NCBI GenBank assembly: GCA_964589605.1
Contig: CAZPRN010000002.1
Location: 45,180-109,179 of the forward strand
Source of the DNA: an uncultured Candidatus Bathyarchaeia archaeon
Lineage (GTDB): Archaea > Thermoproteota > Bathyarchaeia > TCS64
DNA: 64,000 nucleotides
Reading direction: 5' to 3'
Shown: positions 45,182-54,291 of the stretch, piece by piece
Position numbering within the stretch: position 1 is the first letter of the stretch
Layout of the letters: every line of letters begins with the position of its first letter
Notes under the pieces: generated by a model
Told to the model about the DNA's origin: nothing
What the model saw: only the letters and a program-made list of their open reading frames with translations
Database searches by the model: none
Program-made: the position numbers and the translations under genes

Positions 45182-45954
45182 CCCGCGTAGCCGGTGGATA
45201 GCTGCATCTCACCCCTGAAGGACTTGACTGAGCCCCTCTCGACCCTGATTCTGTCCCCAACTGATGCTTTCTTGATCTCATGGTTCCACTGGACCAGAGT
45301 TATTGACCCAGTCTCATCGGAGACCACCGAGTTAGCTACCGTCAGGTCCCTTCCATCTCTCGACTTGACCTTACGGGGAGCGGCTTGGTTGATAACCTCA
45401 CCCTCCACATCGACGTTGGTCTGTCCCCTCCGTAACTGATCAATCGGTGGAATGATGTAAGGGTCGTCCGGGTCCATAGTTTTCTGGTACCATAACCCGT
45501 CGAAATCAACGTCAATCTCTTTTCCTACTATCACGTAACCCAGACTCTCGTAGAACGCCTTGGTTCTCGTGTTCCAGCTCGGCGTCCCGAGGGTCCACAT
45601 CTTGACGCCACTGTATTTCTCCTCAACTAGCCGCATTGCAGTGGAGCCAACACCCTTCCTGTGATGGTCAGGGTCAACGAATATCTGAGCAAGCTCGTGA
45701 TGATACGGGTTGTTGGTACTGACCGATATACCTCCAACTATCTGATCTCCATCGAGAAGCTCGTGGTACTGGACCCAGCCCATCAGCTTTCCGTGGAAAA
45801 CGGGGTCATCGTAGCCGGGTGGTCCACCTTCGTGGAGGCTCGAACCATAGTCCCTGTCGGAGTCAAATGATCTCTTGCATATCTCCGCCAGTTTCTCCGC
45901 GTTTCTATGCCTCGCCCTCGTTATGGAGATAACCATGTTGACCCATTGCTCCAT
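45157..45954 (-). CDS. GNAT N-acetyltransferase fused to a C-terminal SSB/RPA-like OB fold
   Basis: GNAT motif A QIFVDPDHHRKGVGSTAM. The C-terminus reads VDVEGEVINQAAPRKVKSRDGRDLTVANSVVSDETGSITLVQWNHEIKKASVGDRIRVERGSVKSFRGEMQLSTG. It aligns by eye to the crenarchaeal SSB OB fold (..DETGrvkLTLWg...ikeGqvvkienaw...fkGqvqLn.G). Confidence 0.7.
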   Translation of the reverse strand: MEQWVNMVISITRARHRNAEKLAEICKRSFDSDRDYGSSLHEGGPPGYDDPVFHGKLMGWVQYHELLDGDQIVGGISVSTNNPYHHELAQIFVDPDHHRKGVGSTAMRLVEEKYSGVKMWTLGTPSWNTRTKAFYESLGYVIVGKEIDVDFDGLWYQKTMDPDDPYIIPPIDQLRRGQTNVDVEGEVINQAAPRKVKSRDGRDLTVANSVVSDETGSITLVQWNHEIKKASVGDRIRVERGSVKSFRGEMQLSTGYAGHIIKLTG

Positions 45955-46047
45955 TCATTATTTCAGATACACGTACTAAAAGCGTGAAGAGACAGGTGAA
46001 ACTGATAGGATTCATTTACCCCCGGCATGATATTCTGGGTGATAAGT

Positions 46048-47067
46048 TTGGGAGTCCTTCTCACCCCCATCATCCTCAAGGAGGAGCTGACCCTCGATGA
46101 CTTGCGCGGCAAGAGCTTCGCCGTGGACGGGTACATCATGCTACACCAGTTCCTTGCGTTGATCCGGGATAGGACTGGGCGACCACTGAGTGACCCCGAA
46201 GGAAACGTCACTAGCCACCTCGTTGGACTAGCGTTCAGGACAACCCGGCTGATCTCAGATTACGGGATGCATCTAGTCTTCGTGTTCGACGGTAAACCAC
46301 CTAAGCTCAAGATGGCTGAGATCGAGAAACGGCGCGAGGTCAGGAGGAAAGCGGAGCAGGAATATCAGGAGGCAATCGCGAGGGGTGATGTGGCTGAAGC
46401 GTTCTCAAAAGCCGTGATGACAGGCGGTCTCACCCGTAAGGGGGTTGATGACGCCAAACGGCTCCTCGACTGCCTTGGCATCCCCTGGGTTCAGGCACCA
46501 AGCGAGGGGGAGGCACAGGCAGCCCACATGTGCAGCAGGGGTGATGTCTGGGCGTCCAACAGCAAGGACTATGACTCGCTGCTCTTTGGGGTACCGAGAC
46601 TGGTACGGTTCCTCTCAATCAGCGGGCAGGAGTGGCTTCCAAGCAAAGGCAGGTCAAGGAGGACCTACCCGGAGCTCATCGAGCTTGAAAAGTTCCTCGG
46701 GCACCACGACATTAACCGGGAGCAGTTAATCGACCTAGGGATGCTGGTGGGCACCGACTTCAACGATGGAATCAAGGGCGTTGGACCCAAGACCGCTTTG
46801 AAACTGGTCAAGAAGCATGGCAGGATCGAGGACATGCCACCCGACATCAGGGAGAAGATGCCCGACACCATAGACGCCATCCGTGACCTATACCTCAACC
46901 CCGACGTAACAGACGAGTACAACGTCGAAAGAAGAGAACTCATGGAGGCGGAGCTTGGCGATTTCCTGGTGGGCGAGAAGAACTTTTCCACCAAACGGGT
47001 GCAGACACTCATAAACCGGATGCGCAGCAGCGCGGCACAGAAATCACTGAGGGACTACTTCGGATGA
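46048..47067 (+). CDS. fen: Flap endonuclease FEN1
   Basis: The TTG at 46048 gives the universal MGV N-terminus (LGVLLTPII...). FAVDGY, APSEGEAQAAHM and GTDFN..IKGVGPKTALKL (H3TH) are present. Confidence 0.93.
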   Translation: MGVLLTPIILKEELTLDDLRGKSFAVDGYIMLHQFLALIRDRTGRPLSDPEGNVTSHLVGLAFRTTRLISDYGMHLVFVFDGKPPKLKMAEIEKRREVRRKAEQEYQEAIARGDVAEAFSKAVMTGGLTRKGVDDAKRLLDCLGIPWVQAPSEGEAQAAHMCSRGDVWASNSKDYDSLLFGVPRLVRFLSISGQEWLPSKGRSRRTYPELIELEKFLGHHDINREQLIDLGMLVGTDFNDGIKGVGPKTALKLVKKHGRIEDMPPDIREKMPDTIDAIRDLYLNPDVTDEYNVERRELMEAELGDFLVGEKNFSTKRVQTLINRMRSSAAQKSLRDYFG

Positions 47068-48638
47068 CCATGTTCAAGGAGCTAGCCCAGCTCTGCAAGA
47101 GCCTGGAGGGCACGACGAAGCGCAAGGAGAAAACCGCACTGATAGCCGAGTTCCTCCGAACCTTGGACGAATCCGAGATCAAACCCGCCATTCTCCTAAT
47201 AATCGGAAGCGTCCTCCCCGAGACGGATGACCGCTCTCTTGACGTGGGCTGGAAGACCATCAGGAAGGTAATGGACCGGAAGGGACAGACAACTCTATTC
47301 AGGCGTGAGCTAACCGTGACCGATGTCTACGATACCCTGATAGAGGTCGCAGACTCGGAGGGGCAGGGCAGCCGGACCAACAAGGTAAGGCTCATCGAGC
47401 GGCTGTTCGCGGACGCTGACCCACTTGAGTCCGAGTTCCTGGTCAGGATCATTTTCAGGGAGATGCGCATCGGGGTCAACGAGGGGATGATGATGGAGGC
47501 AGTCGCCGAGACGGTTGGTGTTGACTCCAGGATAGTGAGAAGGGCACTGATGATGACCGGGGACATAGGCAAGGTCGCCGAGGAAGCCGTTCTCAGAGGC
47601 GAGGAGGGGTTGACGAGCCTTGAAGCCACCCTATTCGTCCCGTTGAAACCCATGCTTGCGACCACCTCCGAGACCGCGGAGGAGGCTATCAAGAACCACG
47701 GGGAGACGGCTTTCGAGTACAAATACGACGGGGCGAGGATCCAGATACACTCCGACGGCACCGATGTGAGGATTTACAGCCGAAGACTCTCAAATGTCAC
47801 GGAGAGCCTGCCCGATGTGATTGAGGTAGTCAAAGGAATTGGCATCGAGTCCAGCTTCATCCTTGAGGGCGAGGTCGTCGCCATCGGCAAGACTGGGAAG
47901 CCCCTACCATTCCAGGACCTGATGAGGCGTTTCGGAAGGGTCAAGGACGTCGAGGAGATGGTGGAGAAAGTACCCTTGAGGCTCCACCTGTTTGATGTGC
48001 TTTATCACGACGGGCGGTTGATGATTGATAACCCCTACCACGAGAGGTGGTCCCAGCTAGAATCATTGGTACCAGTCGAATACACGGTGAAACGATTACA
48101 GACCGCGGACCCAGATGAGGCTACCCGTTTCATGGTGGAGGCGATCAAGGAGGGGCACGAGGGCTTGATGGCCAAGAAGCTGGACAGCGCGTACAGCCCC
48201 GGATCTAGGGGCAAGCTCTGGTACAAGATCAAGCCAACCGAGACACTTGATGTCGTAGTGGTTGCCGCTGACTGGGGGTCGGGCAGGAAACGGGGTTGGC
48301 TCAGCAACTACCATCTAGGCGTATATAGGAACGGCGAGTACCAGGTCATCGGCAAGACCTTCAAGGGCCTAACAGACGAAGAGTTCAGGTGGATGACAGA
48401 TTATCTTCAGGGCATCAGGGTCCGGGAGAGTGAGAACACGGTGCACGTTGGACCCAAACTGGTGGTTGAGGTGGCGTTCAACGAGATCCAGAGTAGCCCC
48501 CACTACAAGTCCGGGTACGCGTTACGCTTCGCAAGGATAACCCGGATACGCACCGACAAGAACCCCGAGGACGCTGACACGCATCAACGAGTGCATGAGC
48601 TCTACGAGAAGCAGTTCAAGTACAAGGACAGGCTCTAG
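47064..48638 (+). CDS. lig: ATP-dependent DNA ligase
   Basis: Motif I EYKYDGARIQIH (KxDG), then FILEGEVV, EGLMAKK and LWYKIKP. The ATG overlaps the fen stop (ATGA). Confidence 0.93.
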   Translation: MTMFKELAQLCKSLEGTTKRKEKTALIAEFLRTLDESEIKPAILLIIGSVLPETDDRSLDVGWKTIRKVMDRKGQTTLFRRELTVTDVYDTLIEVADSEGQGSRTNKVRLIERLFADADPLESEFLVRIIFREMRIGVNEGMMMEAVAETVGVDSRIVRRALMMTGDIGKVAEEAVLRGEEGLTSLEATLFVPLKPMLATTSETAEEAIKNHGETAFEYKYDGARIQIHSDGTDVRIYSRRLSNVTESLPDVIEVVKGIGIESSFILEGEVVAIGKTGKPLPFQDLMRRFGRVKDVEEMVEKVPLRLHLFDVLYHDGRLMIDNPYHERWSQLESLVPVEYTVKRLQTADPDEATRFMVEAIKEGHEGLMAKKLDSAYSPGSRGKLWYKIKPTETLDVVVVAADWGSGRKRGWLSNYHLGVYRNGEYQVIGKTFKGLTDEEFRWMTDYLQGIRVRESENTVHVGPKLVVEVAFNEIQSSPHYKSGYALRFARITRIRTDKNPEDADTHQRVHELYEKQFKYKDRL

Positions 48639-49201
48639 TTTTTATCCCTGCCACGCAGGTTCGACAGGGTTCTTGAGAGTACTGACTCGTTCTTAATCGG
48701 TTTCCCTTGTGTCTTGGGGACGCTCTTGATCTCGATCAGTTGGTAGATTAGCAGTAAGCCAACCATCAGCAGCACACCGGTTACAGCTATCCACCAGCTG
48801 ATGGCTGTCATGTATAGGGTGAAGCTCTGGGTGATCTGTATACCGTTTGGTATTGCGATTCCAGCGGTTGCGAACACTATGGAGGCAATCGCCACGTAGT
48901 AGACGTAAACAACCCGGGACCTGAGAACCTCAGAGTCGTTTCTGAGCTTGTCCACCCTCCCCAGCTGCTGGTTCCACTTATCCCCGAAACCCATAACCTC
49001 CACGGCTTCCGGGTCCAGCTCGATTATTCCCTGCATCTGTGAGACAAACTCCTCGTTCTCCTGCACCAGCTGGCCCTTGAGCACGTCGTGATAAGTCGAA
49101 AGCCTGTGCTCGAACTCGCTATCAAAGAGGAGCCACCATAGTACATAGTTACCCACTGATAGGAGCAACGCGATGAGGATGAGAATGTATGGCTCGCTCA
49201 A
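48635..49201 (-). CDS. Hypothetical membrane protein (3-4 TM)
   Basis: Hydrophobic N-terminus and two C-terminal TM helices. No motif recognised. Its 3' end overlaps the lig stop by 4 nt. Confidence 0.45.
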   Translation of the reverse strand: MSEPYILILIALLLSVGNYVLWWLLFDSEFEHRLSTYHDVLKGQLVQENEEFVSQMQGIIELDPEAVEVMGFGDKWNQQLGRVDKLRNDSEVLRSRVVYVYYVAIASIVFATAGIAIPNGIQITQSFTLYMTAISWWIAVTGVLLMVGLLLIYQLIEIKSVPKTQGKPIKNESVLSRTLSNLRGRDKN

Positions 49202-49255
49202 CTTGGGTTGATATCTATCCCGGGTGTTAATAAAATTAAGAGGAAAAAGGGGTGG

Positions 49256-50683
49256 TTAGGCGTCCTTCAGCTGGTCCAGTGGTGGAGCCAAGCCGTCCGG
49301 GATGGGTGACTTGTACACCCTCCCATCCAGCCTCTCGACCCACTCGTCCTTGACCTTCTGAAGCAGCTCAGGCTTTGTCAGCAGCTCCAGTCCAGCCGCT
49401 GCGTGGACCTTGGTGCTGTAGATCATGCTCTTGTGCCCGATGCTGTGCCCTGTCTGTGCCGTGAACTGCCAGCTATGACCAGGCGTACCAAGCGCCATCG
49501 CTGTGGTGCTGAACTCGATCGTCGGTACAACCCAGCTAACATCGCTGACATCGGTGCTTCCAGCTCCAACCATGCCTTCACGGTAATCGTCCCTGACGAT
49601 ATCATCGAAGGCTACGTCCCTGAGTTTCTGCCAGTCTGGCCTACCCGATTTCTGGAGACTGTTCATCTTTTTCTCGATGTCCCAGTTCTCGCTCATCTTC
49701 TCTGCGAAAGCGTGGTCCTCCTCGCTGAACTTGGGTGCACCAATCTCTCTCATCTGCTCAACCACCAGCTTGGCTAGCGTACCGTTTGGTAGCTTGTTGT
49801 AGCAGCCTGTCAGGAACTCGACCTTGCTTGTGGTTCTCGCCATCAGGTTTGCGCCCTTGACGATGTCCATGATCCAGTCATAGGTCTCGTTGACCTGCGC
49901 CCTCTCTGGTGCCCTGTTGTAGTACCATGTTCTGGCGTAGGCTGGTACGACGTTGGGCTGTCCACCTGCCTCCTCGTGGATGTAGTGTACACGGGTCTTC
50001 TCAGTGACATGTTCCCTCAGGTAGTTGACGCCGTTGCTCATGAGCTCCACTGCGTCAAGCGCGCTGATGCCGTTCTCGGGGTCACCGGCTGAGTGCGCTG
50101 TCCTACCGTAGAAGTGGACCTTGAAGCTGTTCATAGCGTTGCTGGATCCTGTTCCAGCCGTGTTTGAGCTTCCCGGGTGGTGTGCCAGTACGGCATCCAC
50201 ACCATCGAATAGTCCATGCTTGACCATCCAGACCTTGCCGACAAGCGTTTCCTCGGCTGGGCAACCGTAGACCTTGATGGTGCCCGGAATCTTGTGCTCC
50301 TCCATCGCAACCTTGAGCGCGATTCCCGCGGCTACTGCGCCTGCACCGTAGATGTTGTGACCGCAACCGTGTCCCGGTGCGCCCTCCTTGACCGGCTCCT
50401 TATATGGCACTGGTTTCTGGCTGATTCCAGCCAAGGCGTCCAGTTCTCCGAGGATTCCGATTGTTGGTCCGCCCTCGCCGTTGCTCCATGTGCCCATGAA
50501 CGCTGATGGCATCTCGGCGACGCCCCTGTCCACCTTGAACCCTGCCTTCTCGGTGATTTTTGAAAGGTATTTTTCTGTCTTAAACTCCAGTAATCCGAGC
50601 TCTGCGAACTCCCAGACCTTGTCGCTCCACTCGATTAGCTTTTTCTCGTTCTCATCAATCCACTGATAAGCGGTATCTTTCAA
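49256..50683 (-). CDS. M20-family amidohydrolase (AbgB / aminobenzoyl-glutamate hydrolase subunit B-like)
   Basis: GILGELDAL, PGHGCGHN and YGCPAEE metal-site blocks. The N-terminus WIDENEKKLIEWSDKVWEFAELGLLE is typical of AbgB-like proteins. Confidence 0.85.
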   Translation of the reverse strand: MKDTAYQWIDENEKKLIEWSDKVWEFAELGLLEFKTEKYLSKITEKAGFKVDRGVAEMPSAFMGTWSNGEGGPTIGILGELDALAGISQKPVPYKEPVKEGAPGHGCGHNIYGAGAVAAGIALKVAMEEHKIPGTIKVYGCPAEETLVGKVWMVKHGLFDGVDAVLAHHPGSSNTAGTGSSNAMNSFKVHFYGRTAHSAGDPENGISALDAVELMSNGVNYLREHVTEKTRVHYIHEEAGGQPNVVPAYARTWYYNRAPERAQVNETYDWIMDIVKGANLMARTTSKVEFLTGCYNKLPNGTLAKLVVEQMREIGAPKFSEEDHAFAEKMSENWDIEKKMNSLQKSGRPDWQKLRDVAFDDIVRDDYREGMVGAGSTDVSDVSWVVPTIEFSTTAMALGTPGHSWQFTAQTGHSIGHKSMIYSTKVHAAAGLELLTKPELLQKVKDEWVERLDGRVYKSPIPDGLAPPLDQLKDA

Positions 50684-50735
50684 CTTTGATCAGATATTTA
50701 GACGGCTTTCTGGTGTTTTAAAACCATCCACCAGT

Positions 50736-51305
50736 TCACTCATCCGTCCAGTGGGGCAGGCGTGTCTTCACCGCGTTGAACAGGAAGTACCCGAGACCGA
50801 TGGTTATACCGCCCTGTACGATGTTGAAGACACCAATCAGCGGGAGAAGCCCAATAGTTGCCTCCATTGGAACACGATAAACGTTTGGTAACACGTAGAT
50901 GTTTACTCCTGACATGATGATTACACGGGCAGCTACTCCAAGCGCCCAGGCCAGGTAGTTGGTTGTCTTCTTCTCCTTGGAGAGCACGTTCATACCTAGG
51001 TGCAGCCCGATCACGGTTGATAGTTCAGCGAAAACCTTCATCGAAGCCGCGGTGACGTTGCCGCTCCTCGCCACTATTCCAGCGCCTGCAACTAGACTGG
51101 TGGTTATCGCTGACGGGAACCCGTACATGAACAAGCTCATGATGATTGGTATGCCCGTGAAGTCGAACTTGAGGTTCGGGTACCATGGGAACGGAATCTT
51201 GAGACCAGAGTACTTGAGTGTGTAATCGAAGACGATGACCAGTGCGGCGAGTATTGCCGTGCCTGTGAGCCTCGCGGTGTTGTTCTTGTTCTCCATTTGG
51301 GTCAC
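50736..51305 (-). CDS. Small polytopic membrane protein, ECF-transporter S-component-like (possible vitamin/riboflavin uptake)
   Basis: It has 5-6 TM helices in 189 aa, with TGTAILAALVIVFDY near the N-terminus. It lies immediately downstream of ribA. Family assignment is tentative. No ECF A/T genes are in the window. Confidence 0.4.
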   Translation of the reverse strand: MTQMENKNNTARLTGTAILAALVIVFDYTLKYSGLKIPFPWYPNLKFDFTGIPIIMSLFMYGFPSAITTSLVAGAGIVARSGNVTAASMKVFAELSTVIGLHLGMNVLSKEKKTTNYLAWALGVAARVIIMSGVNIYVLPNVYRVPMEATIGLLPLIGVFNIVQGGITIGLGYFLFNAVKTRLPHWTDE

Positions 51306-51366
51306 GAATGCGTCAAAAAAGCTGGGTTGTGTATAAAAAACTAGCTACAATAAACATTTGGAGCCG

Positions 51367-52053
51367 TCACTCAAGCTTCAACTTGTGACCGAAACGCTCC
51401 TTCTTGGTCTCCATGTACTCCTTGCCATGATCGTTGACCGGGAGCTCAAGTGGCAACCGCTCCGTGATCGTTACACCATACGCCTTCAACTGGTCCACCT
51501 TGTCTGGGTTGTTTGTCATCAGCCTCACGCTTCTCACCCCGAGCTTGTTCAGCATAGCAGCCGATACCTCGTAGTCCCTTGCATCCGGTTCAAAACCTAG
51601 GTGCAGATTTGCATCATAGGTGTCGTACCCAGAGTCCTGCAGCTGGTACGCCTTGATCTTGTTCACCAAGCCGATACCCCTGCCCTCCTGCTGCATGTAG
51701 AGAAGAACCGCTAACCCTTCCATCTCCATTATCTTCAACGCCGTGTGCAGCTGGGGCCCGCAATCACACCTCATGGAGCCCAGCGCGTCACCTGTAAGGC
51801 AGCTACTATGAAGCCGAGTCAAAACGTTCTCCTCCCCGTAGACATCACCCTTGACCACCGCGATATGGTCCTTGCTGTCCTTGTTGTTTGCGAAGCCCAG
51901 TACCTTGAATGATCCGTACATGCTGGGGAGATCAGCCACCGCTACTAGGTTAATGCATAGGTTATTGCTGCAGTTCTCGCAGTCCCAGCCAAACTGGCAT
52001 GACTTGTACTCCTTGATGTCTGCTTCCCGTAACTCGTAGTATGACTCGGACAA
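51367..52053 (-). CDS. ribA: GTP cyclohydrolase II (RibA)
   Basis: RLHSSCLTGDALGSMRCDCGPQL (Zn site), EGRGIGLVNKIKAYQLQDSGYDT and RLMTNNPDKV align closely with E. coli RibA. The start is uncertain: TTG at 52053 (maximal ORF), or GTG at 51939, which matches the E. coli N-terminus. Confidence 0.88.
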   Translation of the reverse strand: MSESYYELREADIKEYKSCQFGWDCENCSNNLCINLVAVADLPSMYGSFKVLGFANNKDSKDHIAVVKGDVYGEENVLTRLHSSCLTGDALGSMRCDCGPQLHTALKIMEMEGLAVLLYMQQEGRGIGLVNKIKAYQLQDSGYDTYDANLHLGFEPDARDYEVSAAMLNKLGVRSVRLMTNNPDKVDQLKAYGVTITERLPLELPVNDHGKEYMETKKERFGHKLKLE

Positions 52054-52054
52054 A

Positions 52055-52498
52055 GTGACCAGAGACTACTCCGGGGCGGCTCTGGATAACGTTTTCCCGT
52101 CCTCAGCTGGGCAGGTAACGCTACCCAAAGACCTTAAAAGCCCTAAACGTTGCATAAAGAGAAGTGATGGAAGTGCATCAACTCCAATATCTACCGGCGG
52201 AGTCGACGATCTCCGCAAACTGATTCTACGTACCCTTAATGATAACCAGTTACTTGTCCTGAACAGTGTTTCAGAGCATGAGCAGAGTCTTACCAGCCTC
52301 TTGAAACTGTTATCAGGTGAGTATGGAATCCCCTTATCTACCCTTAAACTGAACGCCCGTATACTGCGTGAGCTCAACCTCATCAGTTACGGCTCGATAC
52401 GTGACAAGAAGACGGCCCAGCTTGAGCCCCTCGGAAGGTTCGTGATGCGGCTGTTCATGGAGGACCCCTACCGGGCCGTATTTCAGTTCGCGGATTAA
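52055..52498 (+). CDS. Putative winged-helix DNA-binding protein
   Basis: LILRTLNDNQLLVLNSVSEHEQSLTSLLKLLSGEYGIPLSTLKLNARILRELNLISYG is wHTH-like. It has a GTG start and no internal canonical start before the HTH. Confidence 0.4.
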   Translation: MTRDYSGAALDNVFPSSAGQVTLPKDLKSPKRCIKRSDGSASTPISTGGVDDLRKLILRTLNDNQLLVLNSVSEHEQSLTSLLKLLSGEYGIPLSTLKLNARILRELNLISYGSIRDKKTAQLEPLGRFVMRLFMEDPYRAVFQFAD

Positions 52499-52546
52499 GG
52501 TTATTTTGTTTAAAACCCGCTAATCTACACCATTATTTATTTTCAA

Positions 52547-53680
52547 GTGCCCGGAACAATAGATATGAGTCCTACCCCCGAGACACGCGAGGCCATCAGG
52601 GAGCTCATTATGCGTTCTCATCTTGAGCTCAGCATCTCGGGCATCACAGTGATTGATGTCGAGCAGAGGATGGCGTTCTGGAACCAGCGGTTCCTTGAGC
52701 TCTGGGGATTAAATGAGGAGGATCTTGACGGGAAGCACCGGAAAGAGGTAATCGACAAGGTTATCGACCAGATAGAGGACAAGAAAGCGTTCCAGGATGT
52801 GCTTGCCAGGGCTTACGCTGACTTGGACTACCAGGGAACTGATCTTATCGAGCTAAAGGACGGCACACATATCGAGCGTAAGACCCTTAGCCTGACGGAT
52901 GACCGCGGCCGCTATCATGGCAGGATTTGGTACTTTACTGATATTACCCAGCAGAAGAAGATTGAGCGGCAGTACCAGAACTATGCAAGCGAGCTCCAGA
53001 GGATGGTCTCAAGCAGGACGCAGGAGCTCATCGAGGCCGAGAGGCTTGCCGCTTCTGGTACGTTAGCCAGCGAGATAGCCCATGACCTTCGCAGCCCTCT
53101 CCAGTCTATCCGTAACGCGGCTTTCATGATCAAACGGGACCAAGAGAAGATCGAGGTTGGGTTGGAGATCATAGAGAAATCGGTGCTGCGGAGTCTTGAG
53201 ATGCTTGAGGCAATGAGGAGCAGTACACGCAAGTCTGAGCCCTTCCTTGAGAGGAATAACCTGAACCAGTTGATCAGGGACGCGTTGGATGAGCTGCCAC
53301 GACCGGAGAACATCACGGTGTCTCTTGAGATGGATGAGGTGGAGGAGTCATGGTTCGACGCCAGCCAGATCAGGCGTGTCCTCGACAACGTGTTATTGAA
53401 CGCTGTTGAGGCTATGCCTGATGGTGGTGAGATATCTGTGACGAAGCATTTCGTTGACGGCAAGTTCATCATCCAGATCGCGGACACTGGTGTCGGTATC
53501 TCGGAGGAGGTGCTGCCCAACCTCTTTGAGCGCAAGTTCTACACGACCAAGCCCCACGGGCTAGGGTTGGGGCTGTCTTACTGTAAACGAACGGTTGAGA
53601 GCCATGGCGGTAACATCATGGTTGACTCGGTGCTGGGCAAGGGAACAATATTCACAATTGAGATTCCGCTTATTGACTAG
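52547..53680 (+). CDS. Sensor histidine kinase (PAS + HisKA + HATPase_c), cytoplasmic
   Basis: PAS-like N-terminal half. H-box EIAHDLRSPLQ, N-box LLNAVEAM, and G-boxes DTGVGI and GLGLGLS. Confidence 0.88.
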   Translation: MPGTIDMSPTPETREAIRELIMRSHLELSISGITVIDVEQRMAFWNQRFLELWGLNEEDLDGKHRKEVIDKVIDQIEDKKAFQDVLARAYADLDYQGTDLIELKDGTHIERKTLSLTDDRGRYHGRIWYFTDITQQKKIERQYQNYASELQRMVSSRTQELIEAERLAASGTLASEIAHDLRSPLQSIRNAAFMIKRDQEKIEVGLEIIEKSVLRSLEMLEAMRSSTRKSEPFLERNNLNQLIRDALDELPRPENITVSLEMDEVEESWFDASQIRRVLDNVLLNAVEAMPDGGEISVTKHFVDGKFIIQIADTGVGISEEVLPNLFERKFYTTKPHGLGLGLSYCKRTVESHGGNIMVDSVLGKGTIFTIEIPLID

Positions 53681-53752
53681 ATGTCCTCTAATCGATCAAA
53701 CTGAACGGAATCATGTTTTTCCACGGTGATTCGAGTTTGTTCTTGATTTATT

Positions 53753-54283
53753 GTGAGGAAATCTACGAAAACCTTCCTGAGTAGCATTTTTCTCGGGGTT
53801 TTATGGTTCCTGGCTTCTGGGTTCCCGTTGCCCTCTTGGTTCGTGATTGAATCCTTTCCACCTCGTTACTTTGCGAATCTTGGAGTTCCTTTCCCTTGGT
53901 ACAGGGTGACATACCATCGAGGAGACATGAATGTGTATCCCACTCTCAGCTACTTGGCTATCTCAAATCTCGTTTTCTGGGTAGGCATCTATTATGCTCG
54001 ATTATCTAGAAATGTTTGCCTGTTCAATTTTCTCGGTATCTCGGGCTTCATACTGTTCTGTATCCTCCTAGCACCCACCGGGAATATCTATGGACTGGTA
54101 ACCTACAGTGTCCTCATTTACCTTATCACGATTCAGAGATTCAAGTCTTATGAATACCAACTTGGGACATCGAGTTTATTTTTGAAATCAATATTCCTGT
54201 CCTTGCTTCTGATTGGAGCAATTATCGGGCTGATACTCGTTACAATGACGCTATGGGTCCGGAAGGGTTTCCCTGATATTTGA
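53753..54283 (+). CDS. Hypothetical membrane protein (about 5 TM)
   Basis: Hydrophobic throughout. It has a GTG start and no motif recognised. Confidence 0.45.
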   Translation: MRKSTKTFLSSIFLGVLWFLASGFPLPSWFVIESFPPRYFANLGVPFPWYRVTYHRGDMNVYPTLSYLAISNLVFWVGIYYARLSRNVCLFNFLGISGFILFCILLAPTGNIYGLVTYSVLIYLITIQRFKSYEYQLGTSSLFLKSIFLSLLLIGAIIGLILVTMTLWVRKGFPDI

Positions 54284-54291
54284 CCTTGTTT

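Noticed and set aside
51940-52053. A 4-Cys N-terminal extension of RibA (CQFGWDCENCSNNLC), a possible extra metal or regulatory domain.
   Set aside because: The extension exists only if translation starts at the TTG at the extreme end of the maximal ORF. That start abuts the divergent ORF at 52055, leaving no intergenic space. An in-frame GTG at 51939 gives an N-terminus (VADLPSMYGSF) matching E. coli RibA. Sequence alone cannot support the extension.
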